Below, one piece after another: positions 32,277-44,875 of a DNA stretch of 64,000 nt. Source of the stretch: Rhodoferax sp. Its GTDB lineage: Bacteria > Pseudomonadota > Gammaproteobacteria > Burkholderiales > Burkholderiaceae_C. Where the stretch lies: contig JANMZX010000050.1 of the NCBI GenBank assembly GCA_031383745.1, positions 1,150-65,149 on the forward strand. Direction: 5' to 3'. The position numbers and the translations under genes were made by a program. Every line of letters starts with the position of its first letter. The first letter of the stretch is position 1. The notes beneath the pieces are model-generated. The model saw only the letters and a program-made list of their open reading frames with translations, made no database searches and was not told the DNA's origin.

Positions 32277-33815
32277 TCAGCCCAGGGCGTGTTCCCGGCG
32301 CAGTGCTGGGAACAGGATCACATCGCGGATGCTCGGGCTGTCGGTCAGCAGCATCATCAGCCGGTCGACGCCGATCCCGCAGCCGCCCGTGGGAGGCATG
32401 CCGTATTCGAGCGCACGCAGGAAGTCCTGGTCGAAGAACATGGCCTCGTCGTCGCCGCCGTCCTTGGCAGCCACCTGGGCGTGAAACCGCGCCGCCTGGT
32501 CTTCCGCATCGTTCAACTCGCTGAAGCCATTGCCGAACTCGCGCCCGGTGATGTACAGCTCGAAGCGCTCGGTGACTTCCGGCTTGGTGTCGCTGGCCCG
32601 AGCCAGCGGGGAGATCTCGACTGGATGCTCGCAGATGAACGTAGGCTGCCAGAGCTTGTCCTCGACGGTCTCCTCGAAGTACAGCACCTGCAGCCCGGCG
32701 AGTGTTCGTTGCGACAGCTTGTGGCGCTCCTCGGTCTTGCCCAGCTTTCTCAATGCGTTGACCAGCCACTGGATGTCGTGGACGTTCGCCCCGGCATCGG
32801 TGTACTTGGCAATCGCCTGCACGATGGTCAGGCGTTCGAATTCCGGTTCCAGATCGACCGGCCTGCCGCTGTAACTCAGTTGCAGGCCACCTGTGGCCTT
32901 GCGCGCGGCATCCCGCACCAGTTCCTGGGTGAATGCCATCAGGTCCTGGTAATTCCAGTACGCCGCGTAAAACTCCATCATCGTGAACTCGGGGTTATGG
33001 CGCACCGAGATCCCTTCATTGCGGAAATTGCGGTTGATCTCGAACACCCTGTCGAAGCCGCCGACGATCAAGCGCTTGAGGTAGAGCTCGGGTGCGATAC
33101 GCAGGTACATCTGCTGGTCCAGCGCGTTGTGGTGTGTGGTGAAGGGCTTCGCGTTGGCCCCGCCCGGGATCGGATGCAGCATCGGCGTCTCGACTTCCAG
33201 AAAGCCATGGGCGACCATGAATTCGCGCATGCAGCTGACCGCGCGACTGCGCGCCACGAAGCGCTTGCGGGCCTGTTCGTCGGTCATCAGGTCGACGTAG
33301 CGCTGGCGGTACTTCAGCTCCTGGTCCTGCATGCCGTGGAACTTGTCCGGCATCGGGCGCAGGCTCTTGGTGAGAAGCCGCAACCGGGTCGCATGGATCG
33401 AGATCTCGCCGGTGCGGGTCCTGAACATGTGGCCGTCCACGCCGAAGATATCACCCAGATCCCAGTGCTTGAACTGCTCGTAGGCATCCGCACCGACATC
33501 CTCCCCCTTGACGTAGATCTGGATGCGGCCGGTGCTGTCCTGCAGTGTGGCAAAACTGGCCTTGCCCATCACGCGCTTGAGCATCATGCGGCCGGCCACG
33601 CGCACCTGGTGTGCTTGTGCCGCGAGTTCCTCGGTGCTGTGGGCGGCGTGCCGGGCCAGCAGGGACTCGGCGTGGTGGGTGGGCTTGTAGTCGTTGGGGA
33701 AAGCGACGCCGTGGCCGCCGGCCTGGCGCTCGCGCAGCGCCCGGAGTTTGTCGCGCCGCTCGGCGATCAGTTGGTTTTCGTCGGGAATTGGAGCAGGCGC
33801 TGGGTGGTCGGACAT
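32277..33815 (-). CDS. lysS: Lysine-tRNA ligase (class II)
   Basis: [42 protein letters not shown]. Confidence 0.98.
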   Translation of the reverse strand: MSDHPAPAPIPDENQLIAERRDKLRALRERQAGGHGVAFPNDYKPTHHAESLLARHAAHSTEELAAQAHQVRVAGRMMLKRVMGKASFATLQDSTGRIQIYVKGEDVGADAYEQFKHWDLGDIFGVDGHMFRTRTGEISIHATRLRLLTKSLRPMPDKFHGMQDQELKYRQRYVDLMTDEQARKRFVARSRAVSCMREFMVAHGFLEVETPMLHPIPGGANAKPFTTHHNALDQQMYLRIAPELYLKRLIVGGFDRVFEINRNFRNEGISVRHNPEFTMMEFYAAYWNYQDLMAFTQELVRDAARKATGGLQLSYSGRPVDLEPEFERLTIVQAIAKYTDAGANVHDIQWLVNALRKLGKTEERHKLSQRTLAGLQVLYFEETVEDKLWQPTFICEHPVEISPLARASDTKPEVTERFELYITGREFGNGFSELNDAEDQAARFHAQVAAKDGGDDEAMFFDQDFLRALEYGMPPTGGCGIGVDRLMMLLTDSPSIRDVILFPALRREHALG

Positions 33816-33902
33816 GAGAGGATCGAAGTTCGCAAGGGGGGTGCAGGCCGGTAACGACCCATAACCCACTATTATCGCCAGTGCTGCTTTCCCTTTCTTC
33901 CC

Positions 33903-34466
33903 ATGCTCAACCAAATCATCACCCTGCTGCTGCAGGTCGTCGTCGGACTGGTCGCCGGAGCCTGCCTGTTGCGGCTGTACCTGCAACACCAGCGGATCGC
34001 GTTCTCTGCGCGCTCAGGCAATCCGGTGGGGCCTTTCATCTTTGCGCTGACCGACTGGCTGGTGCTGCCCTTGCGCAAGGTCGCGCGCCCGGTCGGCCGG
34101 TGGGACAGCGCCAGCCTGGTTGGCGCCTACCTGCTGGAACTGTTTCTCTTCGGGTTGTTGTGGCTGCTCGGTGGTGCACATGGCAGCCCGGTCTGGCTGC
34201 TCCCGGCGGCCTTGCTCGGGCTGGCTCGGCTGGCGCTTTCGTGTGCCAGCGGGCTGGTGATCGTGTATGCCGTGTTGTCGTGGGTACAACAGGGCCAGTC
34301 CCCGCTGGGGGGGCTGGTGTCGCGGCTGGTTGAACCCTGGCTGGTGCCGATCAGGCGGGTGCTGCCCCTGCTCGGCGGCATTGACCTGTCGCCGCTGGTG
34401 CTGCTACTGGTGTTGCAGGTCTTCGGGATCGTACTGGACCACCTGCCATCCAGCCTGTCGGGCTGA
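33903..34466 (+). CDS. yggT: YggT family membrane protein
   Basis: Two YGGT repeats ([17 protein letters not shown]; [15 protein letters not shown]). Confidence 0.9.
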   Translation: MLNQIITLLLQVVVGLVAGACLLRLYLQHQRIAFSARSGNPVGPFIFALTDWLVLPLRKVARPVGRWDSASLVGAYLLELFLFGLLWLLGGAHGSPVWLLPAALLGLARLALSCASGLVIVYAVLSWVQQGQSPLGGLVSRLVEPWLVPIRRVLPLLGGIDLSPLVLLLVLQVFGIVLDHLPSSLSG

Positions 34467-34473
34467 ACGGCGC

Positions 34474-35349
34474 TCAGCCGACGACCGCGTCGGCTGGCTG
34501 GCGCAGCAGCATGGCCAGGGCACTGGCCACTGTTCTGCGCAGCTCGCGGCGGTCACTGACCATGTCGACCGCACCCTTTTCCTGCAGGAACTCAGCACGC
34601 TGAAAACCAGCTGGCAAGGTGACCCGCAGTGTGGACTCGATCACCCGGGGGCCGGCGAAGCAGATCAGGGCCTTGGGCTCGGCGATCACGATGTCGCCCA
34701 TGAAGGCAAAACTCGCGCTGACGCCGCCCGTGGTCGGATCGGTCAGTATGCTGATGAACGGCAAGCCCTTCTTTGCCAGCCGGGTCAGCGAGGCGTTGGT
34801 TTTTGCCATCTGCATCAGGCTGAGCAGGCCTTCCTGCATGCGTGCGCCACCAGTGGCGGTGAAGCAGATGAACGGCAACTTCTGCTCGATGGCGGTTTCG
34901 ACACCACGCACAAAACGTTCGCCTACGACCGAGCCCATGCTTCCGCCCATGAAGTCGAACTCGAAACACGCAACCACCACGCCGATGTTGTGGACCGCGC
35001 CTCCCATCACCACCAGAGCGTCGGTCTCTCCGGTGTTGTCCATCGCCTCCTTGAGCCGCTCGGGATACTTGCGACTGTCCTTGAACTTGAGTGCATCGAC
35101 CGGCAGTACTTCCTGGCCGATTTCGAACCGCCCTTCGTTGTCCAGGAACACGTCGAGGCGGGCGCGAGCGCTGATGCGGTGGTGGTGGCTGCAGGTCGGG
35201 CAGACGTTCTGGTTCTGCTCCAGATCGGTCTTGTACAGCACGGATTCGCAACTGGGACACTTGATCCACAGCCCCTCCGGTATGGTGCGCCGATCGGCCG
35301 GGTCAGTATGCTGGATCTTTGGGGGCAAGAGCTTTTCGAGCCAACTCAT
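34474..35349 (-). CDS. accD: Acetyl-CoA carboxylase carboxyltransferase beta subunit
   Basis: LWIKCPSC...CPTC Zn finger, [24 protein letters not shown]. Confidence 0.97.
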   Translation of the reverse strand: MSWLEKLLPPKIQHTDPADRRTIPEGLWIKCPSCESVLYKTDLEQNQNVCPTCSHHHRISARARLDVFLDNEGRFEIGQEVLPVDALKFKDSRKYPERLKEAMDNTGETDALVVMGGAVHNIGVVVACFEFDFMGGSMGSVVGERFVRGVETAIEQKLPFICFTATGGARMQEGLLSLMQMAKTNASLTRLAKKGLPFISILTDPTTGGVSASFAFMGDIVIAEPKALICFAGPRVIESTLRVTLPAGFQRAEFLQEKGAVDMVSDRRELRRTVASALAMLLRQPADAVVG

Positions 35350-36209
35350 GGGGTCACTCCTGGTTTGGAAGTCGTGTGTTCCGCAGATTGCCGGTCGAGC
35401 GCCGCCCGGATGCTGGACAGGAACCCGGTCGCGACCGGGACCACCTGTTCGCGTGGCTGTGCATCGATCAACTGGATGATTTTGCTCCCGATGACTACGG
35501 CGTCCGCGACCTTCGCGATGGCGCAGGCAGATGCTGCGTCCCGGATGCCGAATCCGACGCCCACCGGGATATGCACATGTCGGCGTATGCGAGGCAGCAT
35601 CGATTCGACCGCGCCAATGTCGAGCGTGCCCGCACCCGTCACACCCTTGAGCGAGACGTAGTAGACATAACCCGACGCGACCTCTGCGACCTGTTGCATG
35701 CGACGATCGGTGCTGGTGGGGGCCAGCAGGAAGATCAGGTCCATGCCGTGCCGGCGCAATTCGGCGGCGATGCCGGTGCACTCCTCGGGAGGATAGTCCA
35801 CCACCAGCAGACCATCGACCCCCGCCTGCGCGGCCGCCTGCACGAACGCGCTGCCCGGCGTGGCAGGGTGGTGGCGCTGGTCGTAGCGCTCGATCGGGTT
35901 GGCGTACCCCATCAGCACCACGGGTGTGGAGGTGTTGGTCTGCCTGAAGGTGCGCACCATCTCGAGCACCTGAACCAGACCGATACCGGCTGCAAGCGCC
36001 CTGTCACCGGCCTTCTGGATCACGGCGCCGTCGGCGCTGGGATCGGAAAACGGCACCCCTAGTTCCAGGATGTCGGCGCCGGCCGCGACCATGCCATGCA
36101 TCAGCGCGGGGGTGATATCGGCAAACGGAAAGCCTGCGGTGACATACGGTATGAGCGCCGTGCGTCCGGCCGCCTTGAGCACTGCCAACGTGGCGGCAAT
36201 TCGGCTCAT
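35346..36209 (-). CDS. trpA: Tryptophan synthase alpha chain
   Basis: [27 protein letters not shown]. Confidence 0.97.
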   Translation of the reverse strand: MSRIAATLAVLKAAGRTALIPYVTAGFPFADITPALMHGMVAAGADILELGVPFSDPSADGAVIQKAGDRALAAGIGLVQVLEMVRTFRQTNTSTPVVLMGYANPIERYDQRHHPATPGSAFVQAAAQAGVDGLLVVDYPPEECTGIAAELRRHGMDLIFLLAPTSTDRRMQQVAEVASGYVYYVSLKGVTGAGTLDIGAVESMLPRIRRHVHIPVGVGFGIRDAASACAIAKVADAVVIGSKIIQLIDAQPREQVVPVATGFLSSIRAALDRQSAEHTTSKPGVTP

Positions 36210-37501
36210 GCGCGTGCTCCCTTGGCCGGGGCCATCACCACCGCCCCTCCCTTGACGGCCTGACCCTGGCAACTCGGCCGGCAGTAGAAGTCGGCGTTGC
36301 TGAGGTCGGCCACCGTGCCGATGTCCTTGTCGCCGCGGCCCGACAGGTTGACCAGGATGGATTGGTCGGGGCGCATGCCGCGCGCCATCTGCATGGCGTA
36401 GGCCACCGCATGGCTGGATTCGAGCGCCGGGATGATACCCTCGGTGCGGCAGAGGTAGTGGAACGCTTCTAGCGCCTGGGTGTCGGTGATGCCGACGTAT
36501 TCCGCCCGCCCGATGTCCTTGAGGAACGCATGCTCCGGGCCGACGCCCGGGTAGTCCAGGCCCGCGCTGATGCTGTGGGTCTCGGTCACCTGGCCGTCGT
36601 CGTTTTGCAGAATGTAGGTCCGGTTTCCGTGCAGCACGCCCGGGCTTCCCCGCTGCAACGACGCCGAGTGTTTGCCGCTGTCGAGCCCTTCACCGGCCGC
36701 CTCGACGCCGATCAGGCGGGTGCTTGCGTGGCCGATGTAGGGATAGAAGATCCCCATCGCATTGCTGCCGCCGCCCACACAGGCCATGACGACATCGGGC
36801 TGCGCGCTGTGGCAGCCCTGAGCGGCCAGCATCTCGGGCATCTGCACGATGCACTCCTTGCCGATCACGCTCTGGAAGTCGCGCACCATCATCGGGTAGG
36901 GATGGGGGCCGGCGACGGTGCCGATGATGTAGAAGGTGTTGTCGACATTGGCCACCCAATCGCGCATCGCCTCGTTGAGCGCGTCTTTCAACGTCCTGCT
37001 GCCGCTTTCGACCGGAACCACGGTCGCGCCGAGCAGTTTCATGCGGTACACATTGGGGCTTTGGCGCTTGACGTCCTCGCTGCCCATGTAGACCACGCAT
37101 TCCAGCCCATAACGTGCGCAGATGGTGGCCGTGGCCACGCCGTGCTGGCCGGCGCCGGTTTCCGCGATCACGCGCGGTTTGCCCATCCGGCGCGCCAGCA
37201 TGGCCTGTCCAATGGTGTTGTTGACCTTGTGGGCACCGGTGTGGTTCAGGTCCTCGCGTTTCAGAAAGATCTGCGCGCCCCCCTGTTCGCGGCTCATGCG
37301 TGCGGCATGGTAGACCGGTGACGGCCGTCCAACGAAGTGAGCGAGTTCGTAGGCGAACTCGGCCATGAACGCCGGGTCGTTCTGGTACTTGGCGTAGGCG
37401 TCCTGGAGTTCGAGGATCGCGTGGGTCAGCGTTTCGCTGATGAAGCTTCCGCCGTAGGTTCCGAAATGGCCTGAGGCATCAGGCTGCTGGTAAGGTGTCA
37501 T
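36206..37501 (-). CDS. trpB: Tryptophan synthase beta chain
   Basis: [38 protein letters not shown]. Confidence 0.98.
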   Translation of the reverse strand: MTPYQQPDASGHFGTYGGSFISETLTHAILELQDAYAKYQNDPAFMAEFAYELAHFVGRPSPVYHAARMSREQGGAQIFLKREDLNHTGAHKVNNTIGQAMLARRMGKPRVIAETGAGQHGVATATICARYGLECVVYMGSEDVKRQSPNVYRMKLLGATVVPVESGSRTLKDALNEAMRDWVANVDNTFYIIGTVAGPHPYPMMVRDFQSVIGKECIVQMPEMLAAQGCHSAQPDVVMACVGGGSNAMGIFYPYIGHASTRLIGVEAAGEGLDSGKHSASLQRGSPGVLHGNRTYILQNDDGQVTETHSISAGLDYPGVGPEHAFLKDIGRAEYVGITDTQALEAFHYLCRTEGIIPALESSHAVAYAMQMARGMRPDQSILVNLSGRGDKDIGTVADLSNADFYCRPSCQGQAVKGGAVVMAPAKGARA

Positions 37502-38204
37502 GGTGGTTTCTTGCAAGCTGCTCGTCAGCTGCACGTACGGCAGCCACGAATTGGTGGATCTTGTCGGCGTCCTTGATGCCCTTGGACATCTCGACGCCGG
37601 AACTGACATCGACAGCCAGCGTCTTACAACGCGGCCGGACTTGCAAGATGCCATCGGTCACGTTTGCAGGCGTGAGCCCACCACCTAAGACGAGGTGACA
37701 GTTGACGCTTGGAGGAAGCAGTGACCAATTGAATGTGCGGCCCCCGCCGCCATAACCGTCGACGTGTGCGTCGAGCAATATGGCTTGGGCGCCTTGATAG
37801 ATTTGCGCGTATTTTACGAGATCGAATTGCGCCCCCGAGTCACCCAGGGGAATCCTGGCTGCGCGCAGGTAGGCCCGGGTCCCCCCCCCGGTCGCATCCA
37901 GGCAGTCCTGGGCCGATTCGTCTCCATGGAATTGCACCGTCGCCTGCGCGAGCAACGCGCACGCGGCCTGGACGATGGCAGGTACTTCGTTCACGAACAA
38001 GAGCACCGGGGACACGAAGGGGGGCAGGCGCCGCGCGAGTTCGACTGCGCGGCCGATCGGCACATGCCGCGGGCTCCCGGGGTAGAGCACGAAGCCGACC
38101 GCGTCGGCACCGGCGGCAATCGCGGCATCCACATCAACTTCACGCGTCAGACCGCAGATCTTGATCCTGGTTCGTGGACGGGTCGGCGTTTGGGTATTGG
38201 TCAT
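37479..38204 (-). CDS. trpF: Phosphoribosylanthranilate isomerase
   Basis: [21 protein letters not shown]-like [16 protein letters not shown]. Confidence 0.96.
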   Translation of the reverse strand: MTNTQTPTRPRTRIKICGLTREVDVDAAIAAGADAVGFVLYPGSPRHVPIGRAVELARRLPPFVSPVLLFVNEVPAIVQAACALLAQATVQFHGDESAQDCLDATGGGTRAYLRAARIPLGDSGAQFDLVKYAQIYQGAQAILLDAHVDGYGGGGRTFNWSLLPPSVNCHLVLGGGLTPANVTDGILQVRPRCKTLAVDVSSGVEMSKGIKDADKIHQFVAAVRAADEQLARNHHDTLPAA

Positions 38205-38983
38205 GGCAGGCCATCATAAGCGTCGGTCCGCTCGGGCAGTCCCCAATGGGCCTCGTAGCGCGGTCCGAGAAAGTACAGCCCCTCGGGTGGGAACGTGGGG
38301 GCAGCGACGGCGCGGGAGCGGGCTTGGAGGACCTCTCCCATCCACCCGGGCGGGCGCTTGCCTTGCCCGACCGTGATCAGGCATCCCATGATGTTTCGCA
38401 CCATGTGGTGCAGGAAGGCGCTGGCTTCGAATTCGAACCGCCAGTAGGCGCCCCGCCTGGAAATGTCGATGCGATGCAGGTTCTTGGTAGCCGAGAGCGC
38501 CTGGCAGGCGGCAGCCCGAAAGGAACTGAAGTCATGTTCACCCACCAGATGGGTGCAGGATTCCTCCATGGCACGGTGGTCCAGCGGGTGCATGACCCAC
38601 CCGACACGCCCATGGTCGATCGACGGGCGCACGGCAGATTCGAGCACAACATAGGTGTAGCGGCGGGAGCGGGCGGCAGCCCGGCAGTGGAATTGGGGAG
38701 GCACCTCGGTCGCCCACTGCACACCGATGTCGCGTGGCAGGAGGGCGTTGGTGCCGCGGACCCACGACACCAGCCGGCGGCGCGCGCCCGTGTCGAAATG
38801 CACCACCTGCATCAAGGCGTGCACGCCGGCGTCAGTGCGCCCGGCGCAGACAGTGCTGATGCGTTCTGCCGCGAGGCGACCCAGGGCGGTCTCGACATGG
38901 TCCTGAACCGTCTGGCGGGAGCTTTGACTCTGCCAGCCCTGGTAAGCGCCGCCTTGGTAGCTGATGCCCAGCGCTAGCCTCAT
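38201..38983 (-). CDS. truA: tRNA pseudouridine(38-40) synthase
   Basis: YQGWQ, AGRTDAGVHA, FLHHMVR. Confidence 0.97.
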   Translation of the reverse strand: MRLALGISYQGGAYQGWQSQSSRQTVQDHVETALGRLAAERISTVCAGRTDAGVHALMQVVHFDTGARRRLVSWVRGTNALLPRDIGVQWATEVPPQFHCRAAARSRRYTYVVLESAVRPSIDHGRVGWVMHPLDHRAMEESCTHLVGEHDFSSFRAAACQALSATKNLHRIDISRRGAYWRFEFEASAFLHHMVRNIMGCLITVGQGKRPPGWMGEVLQARSRAVAAPTFPPEGLYFLGPRYEAHWGLPERTDAYDGLP

Positions 38984-39013
38984 GCCGCGCCCCCGACATG
39001 CGACGGCAAGGTG

Positions 39014-41698
39014 TCAACCCAGGCTGCTGAGCGCGCGTTGGGCCTTGGCTTTCAGGTCTCCGGATGCCTCTGCGATGACTTCTTCGATCAGCGCGCGGGC
39101 GCCGTCGTCGTCGCCGATGGAGACAAACTCCTCGGCCAATGCGAGTTTCGTGGCCAGCGGGTCTTCCGGCTCGGCCGCTGGCTGGGGTGCCGTCGCGTCC
39201 TTGGCAGGTTCAAGTTCCAGCGAGAGCGTACCCAGGTCGAACTCCAGCATGCCGGAGTCGGCCGCGTCGGGTTGGTTCAGCGGGGCCTGACTGGCGGTCA
39301 GGGTATCGGGTGTGGTGGCGCCGAAATTCAGATCCGGCAAGGGCGCGTCCACCGCGTTGAAAGGTGCCATTGCCGAAGTCGTGGTCTGCAGTGGGACCGG
39401 GTTGGTCGAGCCGAAACTCACCTCTGCCTGCTGGCGAAACTCCTCTGTCTCGCTGGACGACAGGGCCACCGTGTCATTGGCGCGATCGAGGCCGGGCAAG
39501 TCCACCTCGACCGGCAGGGGCGATGCGGCGCTGCCATCGCGTCCAGGCAAGGCTTCGGTGGTCATGCCAAAGTCCATGTCCAGCGGTGCTGGGGCGGAGG
39601 GGACGGCGTTGAGTGCGATAGTCGGCTCGATCTGGGTGGGCCGTGCCTCGACAATCGCGCTGGGTGCGGCGTCGTCGAGCGAAAAATCCAGGTCCAGGTC
39701 CAGGTCGACCGATGCGGGGGCTGCGACGACCCCGACCGGCACCGTGATCTTCTGGGTTGCGGCACTCGCGGAGGCCAGACTGGGGAAATCACGCGGCACT
39801 GCCGTCGGAACCTGGCTTTGGGGAGATGGTTGGCCGCCGGGCTTGTACAAGGGGTTGCTGGGGTCGATCAATTGGCCCTGTTCGCAGATCTTGGCCCACT
39901 CCGGGCTCTGTCCGCCAGCCAGCTTGTAGGCCTCGCAGGCCATGTTCTCGAACGCCATCGTGTCGCGCCGCTTGGCATAGATGTCGAGCAGCTTCTGGTG
40001 CACGGCAATGCGCCCGGCATGCGTGCGCAGCGCTTCCTTGAGGATTTCCTCGGCCTGCAGATCGCGGCCATAGGCCAGGTAGACGTCTGCTTCGGCGACC
40101 GGATCGACATCGTCCGCGGCGTCGAGTTGGCTCGGGGAGTAGACCATGGACGAACCGGTCGCCGCGCCGTCGTTGGTATCGACCCGCTGGCCGCCACTGG
40201 CGCCGAAGAACGAGTCTGGTTGAAGCCGGCTTTCGAGGAACGCACTGTCGACTTCGGCAATTTTCTTGCGCTGACGCGACCGGTAGATGCCCAGCCCCGC
40301 CATCAATGCGACCAAGGCACCTGCTCCGATGCCGTATAGGGGATTCTGGAGCAGACTGTCGACCAAACCTGGTTCCTCCACCGGCTTCGGGGCAGGTTTC
40401 GGAACTGCCGCGGGCGGGGGTGGGGCGCTGGCGACAACGGCTACCGGTGGTACAGCGGCCGGTTGCGAAACGGCTGCCGCCACTGGCACCGCAGCGGGCG
40501 CACTGGCGACCGGTGCCGGCGCCGCCACCGGCACAGGGGTCGGAACGGGAACGGGCACAGCCACCACCGGCGCTTTAGGCGCTGCAGCTGACGCCGCCGC
40601 GGAGCCTGCGGCGATCGCGTTCAGGTCCTTGATGTTCTTCGCCAGCTCTGCAGTGCGCTTGGCGGCGTCCTGCGCCATCTTGTCTTGCGCCACTTTTTCT
40701 TCAGCGGCTTTGGCCTGCAAGGCGCCCTTGGACAGTTTCAGTTTGTCTGCCGCCGCAACGGCGGCCTTCTTGTCGTCCACCTGCGCCTGCAACCCGCCAC
40801 TGGCTTTGCGGTCTGGCGCCGCGACCGGCACGCTGGGTGCATTGGTTGCGAGTTTGCCCCGGAAATCATTGAAGTCGCGACTTTGGGCGATCACGGTTTG
40901 CGCCGCCTCTCCGGCGGGCATGGCCCGCGCTTGCTCTTCGGTCGGAATCGTCAGCACGGACCCGGCCTTCAAGCGGTTCAGGTTTCCGCCAACAAACGCG
41001 TCGGCGTTGGTTCGGAGCAAGGCAACCAGCATCTGGTCCAGCGACACCTGGGCGGGCTTCGTTGCCGCTGCGATGCGGCTGGCTGTGTCTCCCGCCTTGA
41101 CCGTGACCTTGTTGTCTCCGTCGGCGCGTGGCGCGGGCGCCGCCGCAACTGCCGGCGCCGCTGCTGGCTTGCGTGGCGCCGCTGCGGCAACTGGCCGCGC
41201 TGGAGCGGGTGCCACCGCGACAGCGGGCGCCTGCACCGCGGGTGCCGGGATTGTCGCCGGCAGCGGTGCGGCCGCGACCGACGGGCGCAGACTCGGCGGG
41301 TCCAGCAGCATCGTGTAATCCCGCACGATGCGACCGCTGGCCCAACTGGCTTCGAGGATCAGGTCGACAAACGGCTCGGTCACGATCCGGTCACTGCTCA
41401 CCCGGATAAAGGCCCGTCCATCGGCCCGGCGCTGCAGCGAAATCTGCGCCCCCGCCAGCACCGGGTTGTAGTCAAGGCCCGCGGCACGGAACGCTTCTGG
41501 CAACGCAACCGAAGCCCTGAGGCTCGCGGCTTCCTCGGCGTTGATATCAGGTACGTCGATTTCTGCGCGCAACGGTTCGCCCAAGGCCGATTGCACGGTG
41601 ATTCGGCCAAGCGCCAGCGCGCTCGCATTCGACCCGGACAACCCAAAAAGGGCCGCAACCAGTGAAGCGACGGCAGTCTTGCGCCAGCGATGTGACAT
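39014..41698 (-). CDS. fimV: FimV/HubP polar landmark protein
   Basis: LGRITVQSALGEPLRAEI, LysM (VKAGDT), TM helix, DPVAEADVYLAYGR, C-terminal TKLALA. Confidence 0.93.
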   Translation of the reverse strand: MSHRWRKTAVASLVAALFGLSGSNASALALGRITVQSALGEPLRAEIDVPDINAEEAASLRASVALPEAFRAAGLDYNPVLAGAQISLQRRADGRAFIRVSSDRIVTEPFVDLILEASWASGRIVRDYTMLLDPPSLRPSVAAAPLPATIPAPAVQAPAVAVAPAPARPVAAAAPRKPAAAPAVAAAPAPRADGDNKVTVKAGDTASRIAAATKPAQVSLDQMLVALLRTNADAFVGGNLNRLKAGSVLTIPTEEQARAMPAGEAAQTVIAQSRDFNDFRGKLATNAPSVPVAAPDRKASGGLQAQVDDKKAAVAAADKLKLSKGALQAKAAEEKVAQDKMAQDAAKRTAELAKNIKDLNAIAAGSAAASAAAPKAPVVAVPVPVPTPVPVAAPAPVASAPAAVPVAAAVSQPAAVPPVAVVASAPPPPAAVPKPAPKPVEEPGLVDSLLQNPLYGIGAGALVALMAGLGIYRSRQRKKIAEVDSAFLESRLQPDSFFGASGGQRVDTNDGAATGSSMVYSPSQLDAADDVDPVAEADVYLAYGRDLQAEEILKEALRTHAGRIAVHQKLLDIYAKRRDTMAFENMACEAYKLAGGQSPEWAKICEQGQLIDPSNPLYKPGGQPSPQSQVPTAVPRDFPSLASASAATQKITVPVGVVAAPASVDLDLDLDFSLDDAAPSAIVEARPTQIEPTIALNAVPSAPAPLDMDFGMTTEALPGRDGSAASPLPVEVDLPGLDRANDTVALSSSETEEFRQQAEVSFGSTNPVPLQTTTSAMAPFNAVDAPLPDLNFGATTPDTLTASQAPLNQPDAADSGMLEFDLGTLSLELEPAKDATAPQPAAEPEDPLATKLALAEEFVSIGDDDGARALIEEVIAEASGDLKAKAQRALSSLG

Positions 41699-41800
41699 AG
41701 ATATCAATTTAGTAGCCTCCGATGCTCGGGCAACCCACATCCGTTGCAAATTCAATGCAAATAGTGGGACAGACGCCGCGACACTCTAACCTTGAAAAGG

Positions 41801-41829
41801 ACCATAACATCAATGTCTTAGGCTGACAA
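41801..41829 (-). promoter_or_regulatory. Candidate sigma70 promoter for fimV-truA-trp
   Basis: Minus strand TTGTCA-N17-TATGGT with an extended -10 TG. Confidence 0.55.
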
Positions 41830-41953
41830 GCTGAGAAGATGCTGAACACAGCCCGGCGCGCGGGCGTGCAGGTGTCACGCACCAGTCCTGTTGTCAAACG
41901 GCAACGGGTCACCGCAGCCAGGCTGCACTGCAGCCCGTGTGGCGACGCCGCCT

Positions 41954-43090
41954 TCAGGCTTCCAGCAGTATGCGCAACATGCGCCGCAGAGGCTCGGCCG
42001 CACCCCATAACAACTGGTCGCCAATGGTAAAAGCGCCCAGATAGGCAGGTCCCATGGCGAGTTTCCGGATGCGACCTACGGGAATACCCAGGGTGCCGGT
42101 GACCGCCACAGGCGTGAGACCGGCCAGCGTGGCGTCCCGGTCGTTGGGGACAACCCTGACCCAGGGATTGTCCGCCGCGATCATGGCTTCGATGTCCGGG
42201 GTAGGGACATCCTTTTTCAACTTGAAGGTCAGTGCCTGGCTGTGACAACGCATGGCGCCGACGCGCACGCAGAACCCGTCGACTGGCACTGCTGGCGTGC
42301 CAAAACCGTCGCCCTGACCCAGGATCTTGTTCGTTTCGGCGCCGGCTTTCCACTCTTCGCGGCTGACACCATTGCCGAGATCCTTGTCGATCCAGGGAAT
42401 CAGGTTGCCACCCAGCGGAACGCCAAAGTTGGTGGTTTCACTGGCCGACATGGATTGCTGGCGCGCAAGCACCTTGCGATCGATTTCCAGGATCGCCGAC
42501 TGCGGGTCATCCAGCAAGCCGCGAACTTCTGCGTTGAGCGTGCCGAATTGCGTCAACAACTCGCGCATGTGCTGGGCACCCCCGCCGGACGCCGCCTGGT
42601 AGGTCATGCTGGTCATCCATTCGACCAGGCCAGCCTTGTACAGCGCGCCAACCCCCATCAACATGCAACTGACAGTGCAATTGCCGCCGATCCAGTTGCG
42701 ATTGCCATTGACCAGGGCGTTCCTGATCACCGGCAGATTCACCGGATCCAGGATGATGACCGCGTCCGATTGCATCCGCAGCGTCGACGCGGCGTCGATC
42801 CAATGACCGGCCCACCCGGCAGCCCGAAGTTTCGGGAAGACGTCGCTGGTGTAGTCGCCGCCCTGGGCTGTGATGATGATGTCGCACTTCCTGAGTGCGT
42901 CGATGTTGCGGCCGTCCTGGAGCATTGCGCCTGGACCTGCAACCGACGGCGCCGCGCCGCCGGCATTGGATGTGGAGAAGAACACCGGTTCGATCAGGCT
43001 GAAGTCACCCTCGGTCCGCATGCGGTCCATCAAAACGGAGCCGACCATGCCGCGCCATCCGACCATCCCCACTATGTTGCCCGTCTTCAT
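41954..43090 (-). CDS. asd: Aspartate-semialdehyde dehydrogenase
   Basis: [41 protein letters not shown]. Confidence 0.97.
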   Translation of the reverse strand: MKTGNIVGMVGWRGMVGSVLMDRMRTEGDFSLIEPVFFSTSNAGGAAPSVAGPGAMLQDGRNIDALRKCDIIITAQGGDYTSDVFPKLRAAGWAGHWIDAASTLRMQSDAVIILDPVNLPVIRNALVNGNRNWIGGNCTVSCMLMGVGALYKAGLVEWMTSMTYQAASGGGAQHMRELLTQFGTLNAEVRGLLDDPQSAILEIDRKVLARQQSMSASETTNFGVPLGGNLIPWIDKDLGNGVSREEWKAGAETNKILGQGDGFGTPAVPVDGFCVRVGAMRCHSQALTFKLKKDVPTPDIEAMIAADNPWVRVVPNDRDATLAGLTPVAVTGTLGIPVGRIRKLAMGPAYLGAFTIGDQLLWGAAEPLRRMLRILLEA

Positions 43091-43176
43091 TGCAGAACCC
43101 CTTTCAAATTTGAAATCAACAGAATTTCAGATTCCCGGCTCGTCTGGCCGGGTGGGGCGCGACGAACCGGGCTGTG

Positions 43177-43281
43177 TCAGCCTTTAATGGTTGTCGAATT
43201 GGTGCAGCGACCGCAATCGCTGCCATCCCACACCGCATTGGGGTGCGGGGAGGCTAGCCGGATGGGCATGTGCTGGTGCAT
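43177..43281 (-). other. Putative leader-peptide uORF (34 aa) upstream of asd
   Basis: Manual translation MHQHMPIRLASPHPNAVWDGSDCGRCTNSTTIKG*; followed by an 11-bp hairpin. Confidence 0.45.
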
Positions 43282-43290
43282 GGCCCGATT

Positions 43291-44373
<1,083 letters not shown>

Positions 44374-44428
44374 GGTGTCGAGGATGGCGTTGGGGTGGAC
44401 ATGGCCAGGCGTTTCGCCACCCTGGCAC

Positions 44429-44875
44429 TTACTTGCCCAGTTCTGCGGCTTGGTTCTCTTTGACCTGGTTGGCGCTCTGGATAGCCCTGCGTTGTTCGTC
44501 GGTCAGCGCAGCGAACCCGACCTCGGCCTTGGCCAATTCGGTGCACAGGTACGTGTTGCCAGCAGCAGTCGCCTGGGCACCAAGGCACAACGCGCGAATG
44601 GATGCGGAGGCTGCGGGACTGGCCAACACCGCGCGCAGGTCCGGCGGGATCTTGGACAAGCGGCTTGCCTCATCGGTCTGCTTGCACAGGGCGGCATTAC
44701 GTTGCCGGTATCTCGCGTCGGTGCATCTCTGCACCATCGTCTGCAATTCGGGCTGGCGCCCGAGCAGGGATTGGATCGCCGGTACCGCCAGCAGGTCTTC
44801 GATGATTCCGGCTTGGGCAGCGTTGAACGAAGCCGCCAGAACCAGCGCGGCTAGAAACTTGGACAGATGATTCAT
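44429..44875 (-). CDS. Hypothetical exported protein with four Cys
   Basis: Sec-type signal peptide ending AAQA, ATGA overlap with leuD, fills the leuD-leuB gap. Confidence 0.75.
   Translation of the reverse strand: MNHLSKFLAALVLAASFNAAQAGIIEDLLAVPAIQSLLGRQPELQTMVQRCTDARYRQRNAALCKQTDEASRLSKIPPDLRAVLASPAASASIRALCLGAQATAAGNTYLCTELAKAEVGFAALTDEQRRAIQSANQVKENQAAELGK

Noticed and set aside
41813-41820. ATGTCTTA in the fimV promoter spacer, resembling half of the SdhR motif
   Set aside because: Only an 8-bp half-site with no symmetric partner.
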